Below, in pieces: positions 1 through 13,884 of a stretch of 64,000 nucleotides of DNA. Origin of the DNA: Gonapodya sp. JEL0774 (Eukaryota); contig JADIIX010000085.1 of NCBI GenBank assembly GCA_027604505.1, positions 1 through 64,000 of the forward strand. The letters run 5' to 3'. The notes under the pieces were generated by a model. That model saw only the letters and a program-made list of their open reading frames with translations. It had not been told where the DNA came from and did no database searches. Position 1 is the first letter of the stretch. Each line of letters starts with the position of its first letter. Both the position numbers and the translations under genes were made by a program.

Positions 1-19
1 CACACACCCACCACCGCAG

Positions 20-3000
20 GTCCCCGCCACCTCACATCCTACCTCCGCTCCTCGCTCACCATCGTCAGGCAGATGTCGGTCGTGAGGGTGGCGGGGGACT
101 TTGCACGGCGTGGGGACGCGCGCGTGCGGGTGCGGAACGGGCGCGGGACGGACAAAGGGAAAGATAAAATCCGAGACGGGGACGGGGACGTGGACGGGGA
201 TGCGGACGAGGGGGTACCGAACCACCACCACGGAGATGTTCTCTTGCGTGTACTCAGCTGCTCTCCCGTCATGCAGGGCTTGGTGGGGAAAGGGACTAGA
301 GTGATAGTGACGAGGGGCGTCGGCGCTGTCGGGGTTGGTGGGGGTACCGCAGCGCCGCCGGCGCCCACGCCACGCTCCCCCCGGCCGCGGACGTCACTCG
401 TGGCATCGACACACCGGGCGACCACAACCACGTCCGCCCCTGCGCTCCACTTCCCCCTCCCTTCGCTGGCCTCACCGGGCGCCAACCTCCCCTCCGCCCC
501 CGTCGCCGCGCCCGCTCCCGCACCCCCGCCGTCCTTCTCCGTCACCCCGCATGTCCTGTCGCACCCATACCCCGCCTCGCTGCTCCAGCCCCCGCCCGAC
601 GCGGGGGACGATATGGGTGCGGTGGTCCTGGTCGGCGTGGCGGTGCTAGCGGGTGTGGGGTGTTGTAGTGGGGATTGGTGTGTAGCGGAGAGCGGCGGGA
701 TGGGCTTGGGCGGGGCAGGAGGGACCGGAGGGAGGTTGGTCAAGGTGTATGGCGTGGACGTGCCGGGGGAGGTGGAGCGCATCGTCCCTGCCCACCCACA
801 CCCCCCGCCCGCGTGGCTGCACCCCTCCCTCCACCACTCGCTCGGGTCGCCTGCCCTGCTCCACCTGTCGCCGTTGCCCACCACGGTAGACCCACACCCG
901 CAGGGGCCCCCCCTGGCCCACACCATCGACATGTCCCACGTGGCCGACCCTGCACCGGGCGCAGACGACAGGAGGGTACTGGATGCGGGGGTGGAGGAGT
1001 TGAGCAGGTGGTTCGCGGGGGGAAAGAGGGTTGTGGGCGTGGGCACCGTGGTGGGGGTTGTGGTGGACGGTGGGTTGAAGAGGAGTGGGGTTGGGGGGAG
1101 GTGTGGAGGTTTTTCTTTATTTTGATGGGTTTGTTGTTGTGCGATTTCGTTTTTATTGTTTTATTTTTCTGTTCTGTAGAGGAACGGGCAAAGGTCAAGT
1201 ACGCCCACAGCGAGTTTTCGGCCGATGGGGAAGGGCAGAAGGACGGGGTTGGGTCTGGAGGGCGGGCAAAGGTGGTGCGTTCGGGGTGAGTTTGGGTATT
1301 GGTGTGGAGTGGGTTGTGGGTATCGTGTTTGACTCATCCGCACCTCCCACTGCCCGGTACCCACCACCCCACTACCCGCAACCCTCCAGTCCTTCCATGC
1401 GCCGCTCCAACTCGGGCAAGATCCTGGTCTGCTTCAAGGTCACCAGCATCACCCACGTCCCGGGCACCATGCCCCCCTCCCACGGGACTTACTACGTCGA
1501 CCCTGACAAGACGCGCCTGCTCGAAAAAGGATCCACCCAATCCACCATCCCCGTCGGCCTCTCAGACTTCCTCGGCCTGCCCGCCGCGTTCCCCACCCTT
1601 CCACCTGGGCCTCCGCTGTCTCACCTCGCCCCGCCGCCCCCTGAAGACGCGGACGGCGCCGCGATAAAGCTCCGCCACCTCGCCGTGTCTATCATGCACC
1701 CCGCGGCAGCGGCGCTGGGTCTGAGCCTTACGTGTCTTGTCCACGGTGCGGGCGGGGTGGGTAAGCGGACCGCCGTGTACAGGGTCGCCAGGTCGCTGGG
1801 GATCCACGTGAAGTACGTGGACTGTTTCGATCTCGTGGAGGAGTCGGAGCAGGGGACCGAGGGGGCGCTGAGGGATGTGATGGACGAGGCGGAGGAGTAC
1901 GTGCCGTGTGTTGTGGTCTTGGGGAACCTTGAGGCGCTTAGTAAGGTGGATAAGGGAGAGGAGGTGGCGGGTAAACGTACGTTGGGATGGAAGTCGTAAG
2001 CGTGCTGTGTGCAAGGCGAGGAGCTCACCCGCTGCTGAACCGCTTTTCTCCCGGGGCTCTGTTTGGTTTCTCTATTTGGAACTACTTCCCCCCCGCCCCC
2101 CGTCTCAGAACCCCCGATCGTTCCCGCCCTCATTGACATTTTCGCCCGACTCCCTGCGATAAGGAAGGACAAGGGTCAACCCCTCATGATCGTCGCGACG
2201 TGCTCCGACATCGAGAAGCTCTCCACGAGTGTCCGGGGTTGTTTCAGGCACGAGTTGAAGTGCGAGGTGGGAGTTGGAGTGCTTGATGCTTTGGGGCACT
2301 CGAGAGTTTCGAAAGTGGAACAATGGGCTCAAACATGTCGGTCTCTCTTTTCTTGGTCCCGGCTTCCCCGTCCCCCACCCCCACCCCACTGTCGTGCATA
2401 TTAGGCACCCGCCGAACCTGCCCGCCGAACGATGTTGCAGTACCTCTTGTCTTGGACCCCTCTCGCCTCCGACGTGTCGATCTCGTCCATCGCGCTCCAG
2501 AGCGCCGCGTTAGTCGCGCGAGACCTCCGAGACCTCGTGGCTCGCGCAGGTGGACAATCCATCAAGCGGGTGGCGGCGAACCTCAAGGCCTCGGACGATC
2601 ACACGTTTCGCTACTTCACAGAGGCCGATATCGCTCGGGCCGGTGTGACCTTGACTGCCCAGGATATCGGCGTGGCTATCGACCACGCGCGGCAAACGCA
2701 CGCAGACTCGATCGGAGCGCCCAAAATTCCCGCCGTGACGTGGGACGATGTCGGTGGATTGGCGCACGTGCGGGAAGAGATTTTGGACACGGTGCAGCTA
2801 CCGCTCGAGCATCCCGAGTTGTTTGCAAGTGGGATGAAGCAGCGGTCCGGTATACTGCTCTACGGACCACCTGGAACAGGCAAAACGCTCATTGCAAAGG
2901 CCGTCGCGACGACACTCTCGCTGAACTTCCTATCTGTCAAGGGCCCCGAGCTCTTGAACATGTACATTGGAGAATCGGAAAGCAACGTCCGTCGAGTTTT

Positions 3001-4056
3001 CCAACGGGCACGAGATGCACGGCCGTGTGTCATCTTCTTTGACGAGCTGGACTCGGTCGCGCCAAAGAGAGGAGAAAAGGGTGACTCTGGAGGAGTGATG
3101 GACCGTATCGTATCTCAACTGCTGGCGGAGCTGGACGGAATGAATGCTGGGAAAGGAGATGTGTTCGTCATTGGAGCGACGAATCGACCCGACTTGCTCG
3201 ACCCCGCACTGTTGCGTCCTGGGCGGTGAGTGGAGTGGTGTGAAGGACTTTGGTGTTTCCCCGTTCGGTCGTCCCATCTAGAACATGTACCTGATGGTCT
3301 GTCCATAGGTTCGATAAACTTCTCTATTTGGGCGTGAGCAGAGATCATGAGAGACAACTCCAAATAATTCGCGCTCTCACAAGAAAGTAGGTTGTCATCA
3401 CAAAAGTATAGTCTCCGGTTGTTTCGTGGTGGCTTTTCTAATTGAAACACCTCAACAGGTTTCGATTACACCCATCGCTCGACTTGCGGAAAATCGCGGT
3501 CAAGTGTCCCTTTAACCTCACAGGAGCCGACTTTTACGCTCTCTGCTCGGATGCAATGCTGAAAGCCATGGTGCGGAGGATCGGTGAGATTGATCGACAA
3601 ATAGCGGCAATCAACGAAGAGACGGAAATGCAGAGAGCCGCAAGCAACAGTGATCTCGTTGATGCAAAGCCATCGCGACCACATCCTATTACCCCTCAAT
3701 ACTACCTTGAAAACATGGCCAGCCCCTCGCAAGTTCAGGTGGAAGTCATCGAGGACGATTTTGTGAGTGCACTGGACGAAATGGTTCCCAGTGTTCCCAT
3801 GTCGGAGTTGCTCCGCTATGAGCGTGTACGTGAAAAATTCGAAGGGGAGCAGGCCAGGAAAAAGCGCGAGCAGCTGGAGCGCAAAGAGCAGGAAAAATCT
3901 AGGGCATTGAATGGCGAGTCTGCCCTCTCATTGAATGGTGTGCCTGGGAAAGCGAACGGTGTGATGAGCGGCAGTGGACTTTTCGTGGACGCAGAGGAAG
4001 AGGCCGACGAGGATGCTTTCCGGCACGGAACGATATCTATAGACGCAGATGAATAA
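20..4056 (+). CDS. PEX6: Peroxisomal AAA+ ATPase Pex6 (multi-exon; 5' end lies upstream of the window)
   Basis: Degenerate D1 Walker A (LVHGAGGVGKRT), the Pex6-typical SIGAPKIPAVTWDDVGGL, D2 GILLYGPPGTGKT, KGPELLNMYIGESE, FFDELDS, DSGGVMDRIVSQLLAELDG and TGADFYALCSDA. ORF pieces are separated by GT-AG introns; stop TAA at 4054-4056. Confidence 0.95.
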
Positions 4057-4528
4057 TTGCAATACTTTTGAGCAATGTATATTATTTGGATTGGTTTGCA
4101 AACTGCAAAACAACAACTGCGTTCATTGAATGAACCCACATGCTCCCTCCGCGGATGCGGATTTTCCACTGCGCGCTTGAGTATGGTGGTTGGTGGACAC
4201 GCTAGCCGATGCGAGACGAAGTCGATTGCTATCGCTTGGCAAGTTCTATTCGTACTGTCGCACGACTGCATTGATCACGAAGATGGCGCCATCTGCGCTG
4301 CTCTCGGCTCTTGACATCAGTCTCTATCGTATTGGATAGGCAGACAAATTTAGAGAGATATGAAGTTGGCTATCTGAGTTTTATTATCTCGAAGCTTGCC
4401 ACATGTCCGGAATATGTTTTGTACACGTGATATCTGGATGAGTGGAGGACTGCTTTGGTCTCGCATCCCACGAACAAGAGGAAATCGGATTTCATTTTTG
4501 TTCGTTGCAAACCATCCATTGATACACA

Positions 4529-7500
4529 ATGGTCAAGAAAAAGCCAGGGCAGAAGTCGCCAGCGGCGCACGGTAAAGCGTGAGCATCAGACTTGGCGTGT
4601 TCGAGCAGGAGCCGGTGGTTGGTGCTCGCCAAACGGGGAACTGTCAGAAGGCCTGCAATTGGCCAAACTACGAGGTTCTCCTGAACGAATATGTCTGCTG
4701 AGATATTTGCTCGATAAATTACTGAAATTATTTTTGCTATTCGTGGTCTGTTGCCCCGACTCACTACTATCGTACTCGCCCAAAACGTCGACTCAACATC
4801 CTCCGACCTTTCCCATTCCTCTTGCCTCGCATTCTTAGTAACGAAATCGAAATAGAATTCGACAGCTCCGCTTCCCCAGCGGATTTGGAACCCACATCTG
4901 AAAAGAGCACTTTCAACGTGGATGAGGACGGGAATGATCTTGGAGGACTAATGGCGCTGATGAGTAAAGCAACGCAACGCGGAAAGGGGCCTGCTGCCAA
5001 AAAGGGGAAGAAGAAGAAGGGAGCTGACGATGATGAGGAGGAGGATGCTGCCGCGATCCTTGCACGACTCGACGAACAGGATTCGGAGGTTGCAGCCGCT
5101 CGTGCTTCGTCACCCGGTGCAGAAAAGGACACTAGAAACGGTACAAATGGAATTGAAGGTGTCAAGACAAGGGAAACTGGCTCGGTTATTTCTAATGGTT
5201 CCTCAAAATCTGCAAGTCAACCAAAGTCTACGGGAACTGGACCAGTCGGATCCCCTGCTGCTACAAAGCAGCCTGTGATTGAAGACGATGAAGATTCGGA
5301 CGCTGGAGACGGGGCACCTGGCGATGTTCGAATCAAGTCGAAGAAAGAGAAGGAGCGGGAGAGGAAGGAGAGACAAAAGCAGGCCAAGAAAGCTTCGCAA
5401 CAACAGCAGAAGGGAGGATTGCCGAAACAAGAGAACGAGGAAGAAGGTGCTTCCCTGCCGGTGACAACAGCTGCGCGACCCAAGACGGCACCTGCCACTA
5501 CATCCGCTGCCGCTCCCGCACCCGACAAAGACGTGAAAGGTACTGGGGACGACGATGGTGAAGATGATGCAGAGGTCGAAGGGACTGCGACTGGGGGGAA
5601 GGATAAGAAAAAGGTGAGTAGTGAAGTTTGTCCGTCTGGCGATTCCTCTCGGGAACCACCTGGAGGCAATCTCTTTTCGAGCGCCATGCTGTTGGTAGTG
5701 AGGAGATTTCCACTCCAAACCATGCGATTTTACCGGTGCTGCCGTGGGGATTCGCACTCGCAGCTCGAAGAAACCGATGACTGACTATTGCGAGAAGGAC
5801 AGTTTGACTTGAATCAATTTACTCCCTGCTGACTTTTCTTTTTTGGATGGACAACTGATCATCTGTTTGCCTCATTGAAATTTTTTGGGTCAACAGAAAA
5901 AGAAGAAACCGGCTGTGGCAGAAGCACCTGCTCCAGCAGCCACCACCAAGCGCAAGGGTCCTAATGTCGCTGCATTAAAGGAGCTCCTTGAACTGCAGAA
6001 GAAAGCGGAAGAAGAGGCCCGCCGAAAGCAGGAGGAGGAAGAGAGGAGGATCAGAGAGGAGGAGGAGCGACTTATGGAGGAGGAAAGGAAGAAGGAAGAA
6101 GCAAAACAGAGGAAAAAAGAGAAAGAGAAGGTAAATTAATTTCAATGCTGGAGTACGCTGTCTAGGCATGTGACGTGACTTATCACTGGCCTCTTCTCTC
6201 AGGCAAAGAAAGAGCAACTCAAACGAGAGGGGCAATACATGACCGCAAAACAGAAGCAACAACTGGAGATGGACCGTTTACGTACACAGCAGCTTCTTCA
6301 AGCACAGGGAATTGTAATTCCTGCACTCGCTCAGAAGGAAGCCGAGGCAAGTGGAGACGGTGCTTCTTTGGATGGCCAGCAGAAGAAACGTGGGGCGGCA
6401 TCATTATACGGGAAGAAGAAGAGACCTGGTACTGCCCCTGCGCAAGCGGAACATTCCCGTGCTGAGTCGCCCACGACCTCGAACAATGCTGAGAAGGTGA
6501 TAGAGCCAGAGAGTGCACAAATCCGAGAAGAGGAGGGCCCAAAACGTGTCCCCCTTCAGGAGAGCGCTGCACCTGTAAAGGACAGTTGGGATGATGAAGA
6601 GGAAGAGGAAAAGGTCAAAGACAGTTGGGACATGAGCAGCGATGAGGAGGAAGTCAAGGCGGCTGTGCAAAGTGAATCGAAGAAATCCGCTCCACCCATC
6701 AAGGATTCAAAGAAAGCACCAGCACCGTCCACAGGTGAGCGGTTTAACGCGATGCTTCGTACTTCGGGGTGCATGAAGCCCGTCAATCCTTTTCCAGCCC
6801 CGTCGAGGAATCAAGTTGCTGCTGCTCCGAAGGCGTCACCTGCACAAAACGTTGCGAATGGTGCTAAAGCACCACCACTGCAACAGGCACCAAAGGTGAT
6901 TGAAGTCGAGTCGGACGAGAGCGAAGACGAGTCCGATGAAGAGGTTGAAACCATCTCAAAAGACAAGTCCAAGGTAAGAAAGAGCGATATTTGGGAGAAC
7001 GATTCTCTGTCTTCTTTCTCATATTGATATTAACAGACTGAAGCGCCGACTGAACTCCGGTCCCCGATTTGTGTTGTTTTGGGTCATGTCGATGCTGGAA
7101 AGACGAAGTTACTAGACAAAATTCGCCAAACCAACGTCCAGGAGGGTGAAGCGGGTGGCATTACTCAGCAAATTGGTGCTACGTACTTTCCCATTGATGC
7201 TGTTCAGCAGAAAGCTGATAAGCTGGCTGTGGATTCGGGCTTCGAATTCAAGGTTCCAGGACTGTTGATTATCGATACTCCTGGCCACGAATCTTTCTCA
7301 AACTTGCGATCCAGGGGCTCATCTCTCTGCAATATTGCTATTCTGGTCGTCGACATTCTTTCCGGTTTGGAGGCACAGACACGGGAATCAATAGGGTTGT
7401 TGCGTCAGCGGAAGACACCTTTCGTAGTAGCTCTCAACAAAGTGGACAGACTCTACGGCTGGAAATCGACCCCCGGTAATGCTATTCGGGACTCGTTTGC

Positions 7501-9060
7501 CAACCAACCCAGGAGTGTAATGCAAGAGTTTGATGACCGCCTTCGGAGAGTCATGGGACAGCTTGCGGAAGAAGGCCTCAACTCGAAGCTCTATTATGAT
7601 AACGAGAGCTTTGCCCGGAATGTCTCGATTGTGCCCACATCCGCTATGACGGGTGAGGGCATCCCGGATTTGCTGTATTTGGTGCTGAAGCTCACTCAAG
7701 AGCGGATGTCCAAGAATCTCATGTACCTGTCAGCGCTTGAGGCGACAGTCTTGGAAGTAAAGGTTGTGGAAGGTCTAGGAACAACCATTGACGTAATTCT
7801 GTCAAACGGTGTTTTACGGGAAGGGGATCGCATTGTATTGTGTGGGCTGGGGGGAGCTATTGTGACCACCATTCGAGCGTTACTGACGCCGCAACCATTG
7901 CGTGAGATTCGTGTCAAATCACCATACATGCACCTCAAGGAAGTCAAAGCGGCGATGGGTGTTAAGATCGCCGCCAACAACTTGGATGGTGCTATTGCCG
8001 GTTCTCGCCTCCTTGTCGTTGGACCTGATAACGACGAAGATGATCTCAAAGACGAGGTTATGGAGGATTTGGTAACTCTTGCGGCTTCTATCGATCGATC
8101 TGGAGTTGGTGTTTGCGTCCAAGCCTCGACCTTGGGATCTCTGGAGGCTTTGATAACATACCTGAAACAGATGAAGATTCCAGTGTCTGGTTTCAATTTA
8201 GGGACTGTGCATAAAAAGGACGTATCCAGGGCGTCTGTCATGTTGGAGAGATCCAGAGAATATGCACAGATTCTCGCGTTCGATGTTAAGGTCGACAGAG
8301 AAGCGGAATTGGAAGCAGAATCACTTGGAGTTAAAATTTTCAAAGCGGATGTTATTTACCATCTGTTCGACGCATTCAAAAAGCATATGGACGTAAGTAT
8401 CAATCCCGACAGGGAAGTGATTCGGTTGTGATTGAGATCTCGTGCGGTTTTCAGGACATCCTTGAGCAAAAACGAAAAGATCAAGCGCCTCAGGCTATTT
8501 TCCCCTGCGTGCTTCGGATTGTGCCAGGAAGTGTGTTCAACAAACGGAACCCAATCATTATAGGGGTGGACGTTGTCGAAGGACAACTTCGTGTCGGCAC
8601 ACCGCTGGCTGCCGTCACTGGACAACCTGTGAGTCCCGTTGCCCGAATTCTCTCTGAATGTTAATGACGTTGAATGTGATTCTTCGTACGAAAGCCAACG
8701 ATCGTTCAGATTGGCAAAGTGACGAGCATCGAGTTAAACCACAAAGCGAAAGATGTGGTGAAGAAGAACGAGCCAGCAGTTGCGATTAAAATTGAGTCAC
8801 CTTCGTATGAGGCCCCAAAATTGATTGGACGGTGAGTGCACATACTTTGTGCTGGGCGGGAGTCGGCAAACATTGGCTGCCAGCACGCTTTTGCTCATCC
8901 GACGATTTGGTCTTGTAGACATTTCACGGAGAAGGATTCGATTATTTCTGCTATCACGCGCCAATCGATCGACGTTTTGAAGGACAGTTTCCGGAATGAT
9001 GTGTCCAAGGATGAGTGGGCCACAATTGTCAAACTCAAAAAGGTTCTCCAAATACCGTAG
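4529..9060 (+). CDS. EIF5B: Eukaryotic translation initiation factor 5B (multi-exon)
   Basis: [70 protein letters not shown], a K/E-rich N-terminal region and C-terminal SRQSID-like/LKDSFR motifs. The start (MVKKSQGR, ATG 4529) is inferred and less certain than the stop. Confidence 0.95.
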
Positions 9061-9199
9061 TCATGAAAGTGACGTAAATTTAATATCTGCACATATTGAT
9101 CCAAATTTGATACCCGAGCTTAACAGTTTTAAACTCCCTGGTGTGTTTGGCGGGAGGGAAGTTTGCAGCTGTGTGTTGTCCCATTCATTGATAATCCCA

Positions 9200-10786
9200 A
9201 TGCCCGACTTTCCCCCACTCCAAAATGACCGGCTCTTGAGGGCAATTCGAGGAGAGCAAGTTGATAAAGTTCCTGTCTGGATCATGAGGCAAGCGGGTCG
9301 CTATCTCCCCGGTGAGTTGTGCTGGTGGTATTTCTTCACCTACCGATGACTAAATATGATCAATCAACGTGAACGACGGGGCCATAACTTCCTAACTATA
9401 ATTCTTGATGTTTGGCCGTTGGATTTTCTGGAATCGTTTTGGAATTAACCTCCTCGAACATTTCCACTTCTGGGACAACCATATTCTTATGCTTGAGGAA
9501 ACCAGAATTCCGTGAGGCTCGAAGCAGAGCAGACTTCTTTACCATCTGTCGGACACCAGAGCTTGCATGCGAGGTCACCCTTCAACCTATCGATCGTTTC
9601 GACGGACTGCTTGATGCGGCCATCATTTTCTCTGACATTCTCGTCGTTCCACAGGCGATGGGAATGACAGTTGAGGTTCGTTCATCCCCGTATCATCCTC
9701 CAGTAACTGAAACAACGGTGGGACGTAGACGTGAAACCTCAGATCACGAAGGTCCGGAGCTGACATGTTCCGCTCTGTCCGCTCCTGCTCAATGCGCTCA
9801 GTTTCGGAGCTCAACGAACTTTACAACGTCGCTGACATATGCGTTGGGTTTCAGATGCTTCCAAAGGAAGGGCCCCACTTTCCTCAACCCTTGACAACAC
9901 CGAGCGACCTTTCGAACCTTAAAGATAAAGTGGATGTCGCGCTTGAACTTGGTTACGTCTTTGATGCGCTATCTCTCACACGTCATCGACTGAGGGGACG
10001 AGTACCCCTGTTTGGGTTTGTGGGAGCACCTTGGACTCTCTTCTCTTACATGATCGAGGGTGGCGGGAGCAAGACGTTCTCGAAATCAAAGGGATGGCTT
10101 TTCAAGTACCCAAAAGAAAGTGAGCTATTGATGGGGAAAATCACTGATGTCCTTGTGGATTTTCTGGCTGGGCAGGCAAAGGCTGGAGCTCAGGTTCGTT
10201 AGGGAGATGGTCGAACACCGATGGATGATTTTTCCATCTTTTGAGCTATGATTTATTCCTCATTCTCAAGGTGCTCCAAGTCTTTGACTCACATGGCGGT
10301 GAACTTTCACCACAGGACTACCGTCAGTTCGTTCTGCCTCAGACGTTGTCAATTCCAAGCCGAGTCAATGCCGCCCTTCGGAAAGCGAATGTGGAACCCG
10401 TACCCATAGTGATATTCCCACGTAATGCGCACGGCGCCCTTAAGGACTTTGCGAACTCTGACTACGCGGCTGTTTCGCTTGACTTCGGGGTAGACCCCTC
10501 ACAAGCACGGGCGTTGCTCCCCGGTAAAACTCTGCAAGGGAACATGGATCCAAGTGTTCTTTACGGAAGTAAAGAGTATATTCGAGACAGGGTGAAGACA
10601 ATGGTGGGACAATTCGGGAAGGAAAAATGGATTGCCAACCTCGGACACGGGATATATCCAGGTGAGCAGATTACGATTTTCATGCAGGTCAAAGTAACTG
10701 TAAGAAATTCTGATGATTTGATAGACCACGACCCCGAACACTTGCGCGCCTACTTGGAGGCCATCCAGGAGTTCACCCAGGGGTGA
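9200..10786 (+). CDS. HEM12: Uroporphyrinogen decarboxylase (5 exons)
   Basis: [71 protein letters not shown] and [10 protein letters not shown] signatures across spliced exons. Confidence 0.95.
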
Positions 10787-10909
10787 CTTAGACTGTAAAT
10801 TCCGCACAATAAATTACGTCACGGACACCTTTTTTTGTCCACTTGGAAATCCCGTAAAATGCATTAATACAGGCCTTGAGACTACCATTTAGAATGCGAG
10901 AGTGTGCAC

Positions 10910-12849
10910 TTATTTATACTGTTCCTGAATAAGCTTGGCAATAGTTTGCAATTGTATGTTGCTTGTCCCTTCGTAGATAGCCCCAATTTTAGAGTCACGA
11001 TAGTACTTCTCAACCTGGAAATGCAAACCAGTTTTGTTTCATTCATGCGAACGCATTCAAGTCGCGACGTACTCACTGGTACATCTCGAGTAAATCCGAC
11101 ACCTCCCATCCATTCAACCGCCATACTAGCAGCTTTTTCGGCGATTTGCGATGAGTAAAGCTTTGCCATTGCCGCCTTCGCAGATAGTTGGTAGTCACTC
11201 AAGCAAGAGTTCCAACAACACTGGAATCGAAGAACGGTTCACCTCTTTGATAAATGGTTTGCCCTCGTCTTTGAGTCTCGCCGAATTATATGTCAACAAC
11301 CGGGCGGCCTCGATTTCGGTGGCGATTTGAGCGTATTGGAATTGCATTCCCTGTCAAGCAGACGTGAGAGGAGCTCGTTTACATGAAACAGGGCTGATTT
11401 CTTCTAACCTGGAACTCCCCGATGAACTTTCCAAATTGCTTTCGTTGGAAGAGATAGCTATCATTTCAAACCAAATAATGTAAAAAATAAGAAGAAAGTG
11501 TTATTGAGCAATCAGGCTCACGGTAGAGTGTGGTCAAATACGCCTTGTGCCAGCCCAATCATCTGGAAGGGGTAACATTTCAAAGTTGTAACTGATCCAG
11601 ACATACAAAACCCCCCATCTCAAAACTGACCTGCGCGGCAATGCCGATGCGACCTTCGTTGAGAATCTCAATGGCATACTTGTAGCCCTTCCCCACTTCC
11701 CCCAGGACATTTTCAACAGGTACCTAAATGTGCCAGGTGTAAGTGTTTGGCTTGCTGAAAGTGTCACGAGAGGTATGATACCTTGACGTCATCAAAAGAG
11801 AGTGAGCACGTTGAGGAAGCGCGAATCCCAAGCTTGGACTCTTTTTTGTTGATCTTGACACCCATCTCCTTTTCTACAATGAAACTGTGAGCGTTCCGTA
11901 TTAAAGCAACAAATTTCATAACAAATTCGGTACAAATTGGCGGGCAAAACGAACCATGTGATGCCTCGGTGTCCCTTTGACGGATCCACATTTGCAAACA
12001 CCAAGAATATTTCTGCCTCCCCACTGTTTGTAATCCACATTTTGGAGCCATTAATAACGTAGTGATCTCCTTGCTTTACCGCTCGTGTAGCGAGGGAGAA
12101 AGCGTCCGAGCCCGCGCCAGCCTCCGAAAGACAGAAGCATCCGAGTTTTCCCGAAGCCAGCATGGGGATGTATTTCTCTTTCTGCTCCTTGGAAGCAAGT
12201 TTGTTGAAAAGAATCCCAACCAGCTGGAACAAAACAAGAGCAAATTCCGTCGGAGATTACTGTCATGGATGAATAGTAAGACAGTGCAAGCCGTACCGTG
12301 TTTTGTACGTCACAAAGAACCGACACAGACGGATCAACCTTGGCCAACTCCTCTACCGCAAGAATGACCGAAGTGAACGACATTTGAGATCCTCCATAAT
12401 CACCTTCTGCCTCAATGGCCATAAACTGGGTTGCAGTGTCGTGTTAAAGCCATGTAAAAAGGTTCCGTTCACACTGGGAAAACACGATGAAAACAGCTCA
12501 CCCCGTTGTCAAAGAGACCTTTAATGATTGCTGGATCCATTTTCTCGTTTTCATCCATTTCCGAAACCTTAGGAGCCACCACCTCTCTCGCAAACCTCGC
12601 TGCACTCTCCCTGATCATGAGCTCATCTTCGGTGAACGTATGTAGCGATGGTGGCGTAGAGATGCCTAAATCCGATACGGAAGCGACGCTGGCGAGAGTC
12701 CTCGTCGCTGGCCTGACCATAGACGCATTTCCGTGAGTTCAGTTGCGGGTGTGATGTGGAGGGAAGTCGAATCACCTGCTTAGATGGTTCCTAGCTGAAC
12801 CAGCTACCAAGGCTGAGCGTTTTAAAATGGGTGCTATACGAGAGAGCAT
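10910..12849 (-). CDS. ACADSB: Mitochondrial short/branched-chain acyl-CoA dehydrogenase (multi-exon)
   Basis: Presequence-like [111 protein letters not shown]. Confidence 0.9.
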
Positions 12850-13145
12850 TTATTTTGAGTCGGGATTGCAGCAGATTTTGGTTGGTGATCCAATATTCAG
12901 AATACATCTGTTACCGGCCGGGACTCCCCCATGTGACTCTGCCGCCGGGTGCGTCACGTCAATCATCCCATACATTGTGTCATGCGGCAATGAAAACGGT
13001 CGTCTCATGCTCTGCAGTCATTCTCTTGTGTTCTCCGACCCTTCATCAAGTTCGAGTCCGGACTATCCCGCTTCCAAGGCGGGCGGTGGTTGTCCCGAAC
13101 TCCCTATTGTGGAATACATGAGCAGCATCATCTCGAAGTTCATAC

Positions 13146-13756
13146 ATGGATTCCAACGGCAAGCCTTGCAATCTCAAACCCCCGTACTGCTCGAAAGGAC
13201 TTCCTGATATCGAGGATGGAACTCCACTTTATCCGGCAGTATACGGTTATCATCTGATGACGTACAAATTGCCTCCACCTACGAATCCCCCTGGACCAAT
13301 AAAGATGCTCTACTGTCGATGTGGACTCTCTGAGAAGCAACCGTTCTGCGACGGTATGATCGGACTCCTGTACTGCCGCTGTGCTAGAGCTGAAGACACC
13401 TTCATTGTCCCAGGCTCGCATGAGGGAACCGGAATTGAGCCACTAGAATGGTTGCTGCCAGGTACTGACGTAGAACCAGACCATAGGCCGAAAATCATGA
13501 GGGCTACTATGTGTGCATGCAAGTACTCGAGCATTTTGCCCTACTGTGATGGTTCGCGTAAGTAGAACCCGTCCCGCTCAGAGAGTGATAGCTTTCGTGA
13601 TTTGTCCCTTCTTACATAGATATTCACTTGCCGTCCCAAGTGGAGGCCCGGATTGCAGCTTGTAAACAGGACCACACCGTCGTACGACGTTTTTGTAACC
13701 GTTGTGGTTACAAGGCTCCATCCCAGCCGAAGCAGCAGCCGAAAGATGATGAATAA
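13146..13756 (+). CDS. Double CDGSH iron-sulfur protein (CISD3/MiNT-like architecture), 3 exons
   Basis: After splicing, two complete motifs appear: CRCGLSEKQPFCDGSH and CACKYSSILPYCDGSH, each interrupted by a GT-AG intron. The C-terminal exon reads ...CKQDHTVVRRFCNRCGY...KDDE*. Confidence 0.85.
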
Positions 13757-13875
13757 TCGATTGATTCAATTCCGAATAAATGTACCTATTTTATTTGTTC
13801 ACGAACGCCTTTTCCATATATCAAATGTGTGTAATGAATATCCTGGTGGGGAAATGAGGAGCTTGCCAGGTGCGC

Positions 13876-13884
13876 GCACGTGGG
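13876..13884 (+). promoter_or_regulatory. GCACGTGGG E-box (Pho4/PalcA-type) upstream of VTC4
   Basis: Matches the G-flanked CACGTG preferred by yeast Pho4; about 110 bp upstream of the VTC4 ATG (13994). Confidence 0.4.

Noticed and set aside
39..1289. Several long overlapping ORFs on both strands (also at 38275-39222, 53875-54717 and 54419-55273)
   Set aside because: These are stop-poor shadows caused by high GC and low complexity of the real genes; they contain no domain motifs.
12831..13146. In-frame TGA (13119-13121) upstream of the CDGSH ORF as possible selenocysteine or readthrough
   Set aside because: The upstream frame has no recognisable protein features, overlaps the divergent ACADSB start, and the TGA is not in a redox motif. 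I identified no SECIS.
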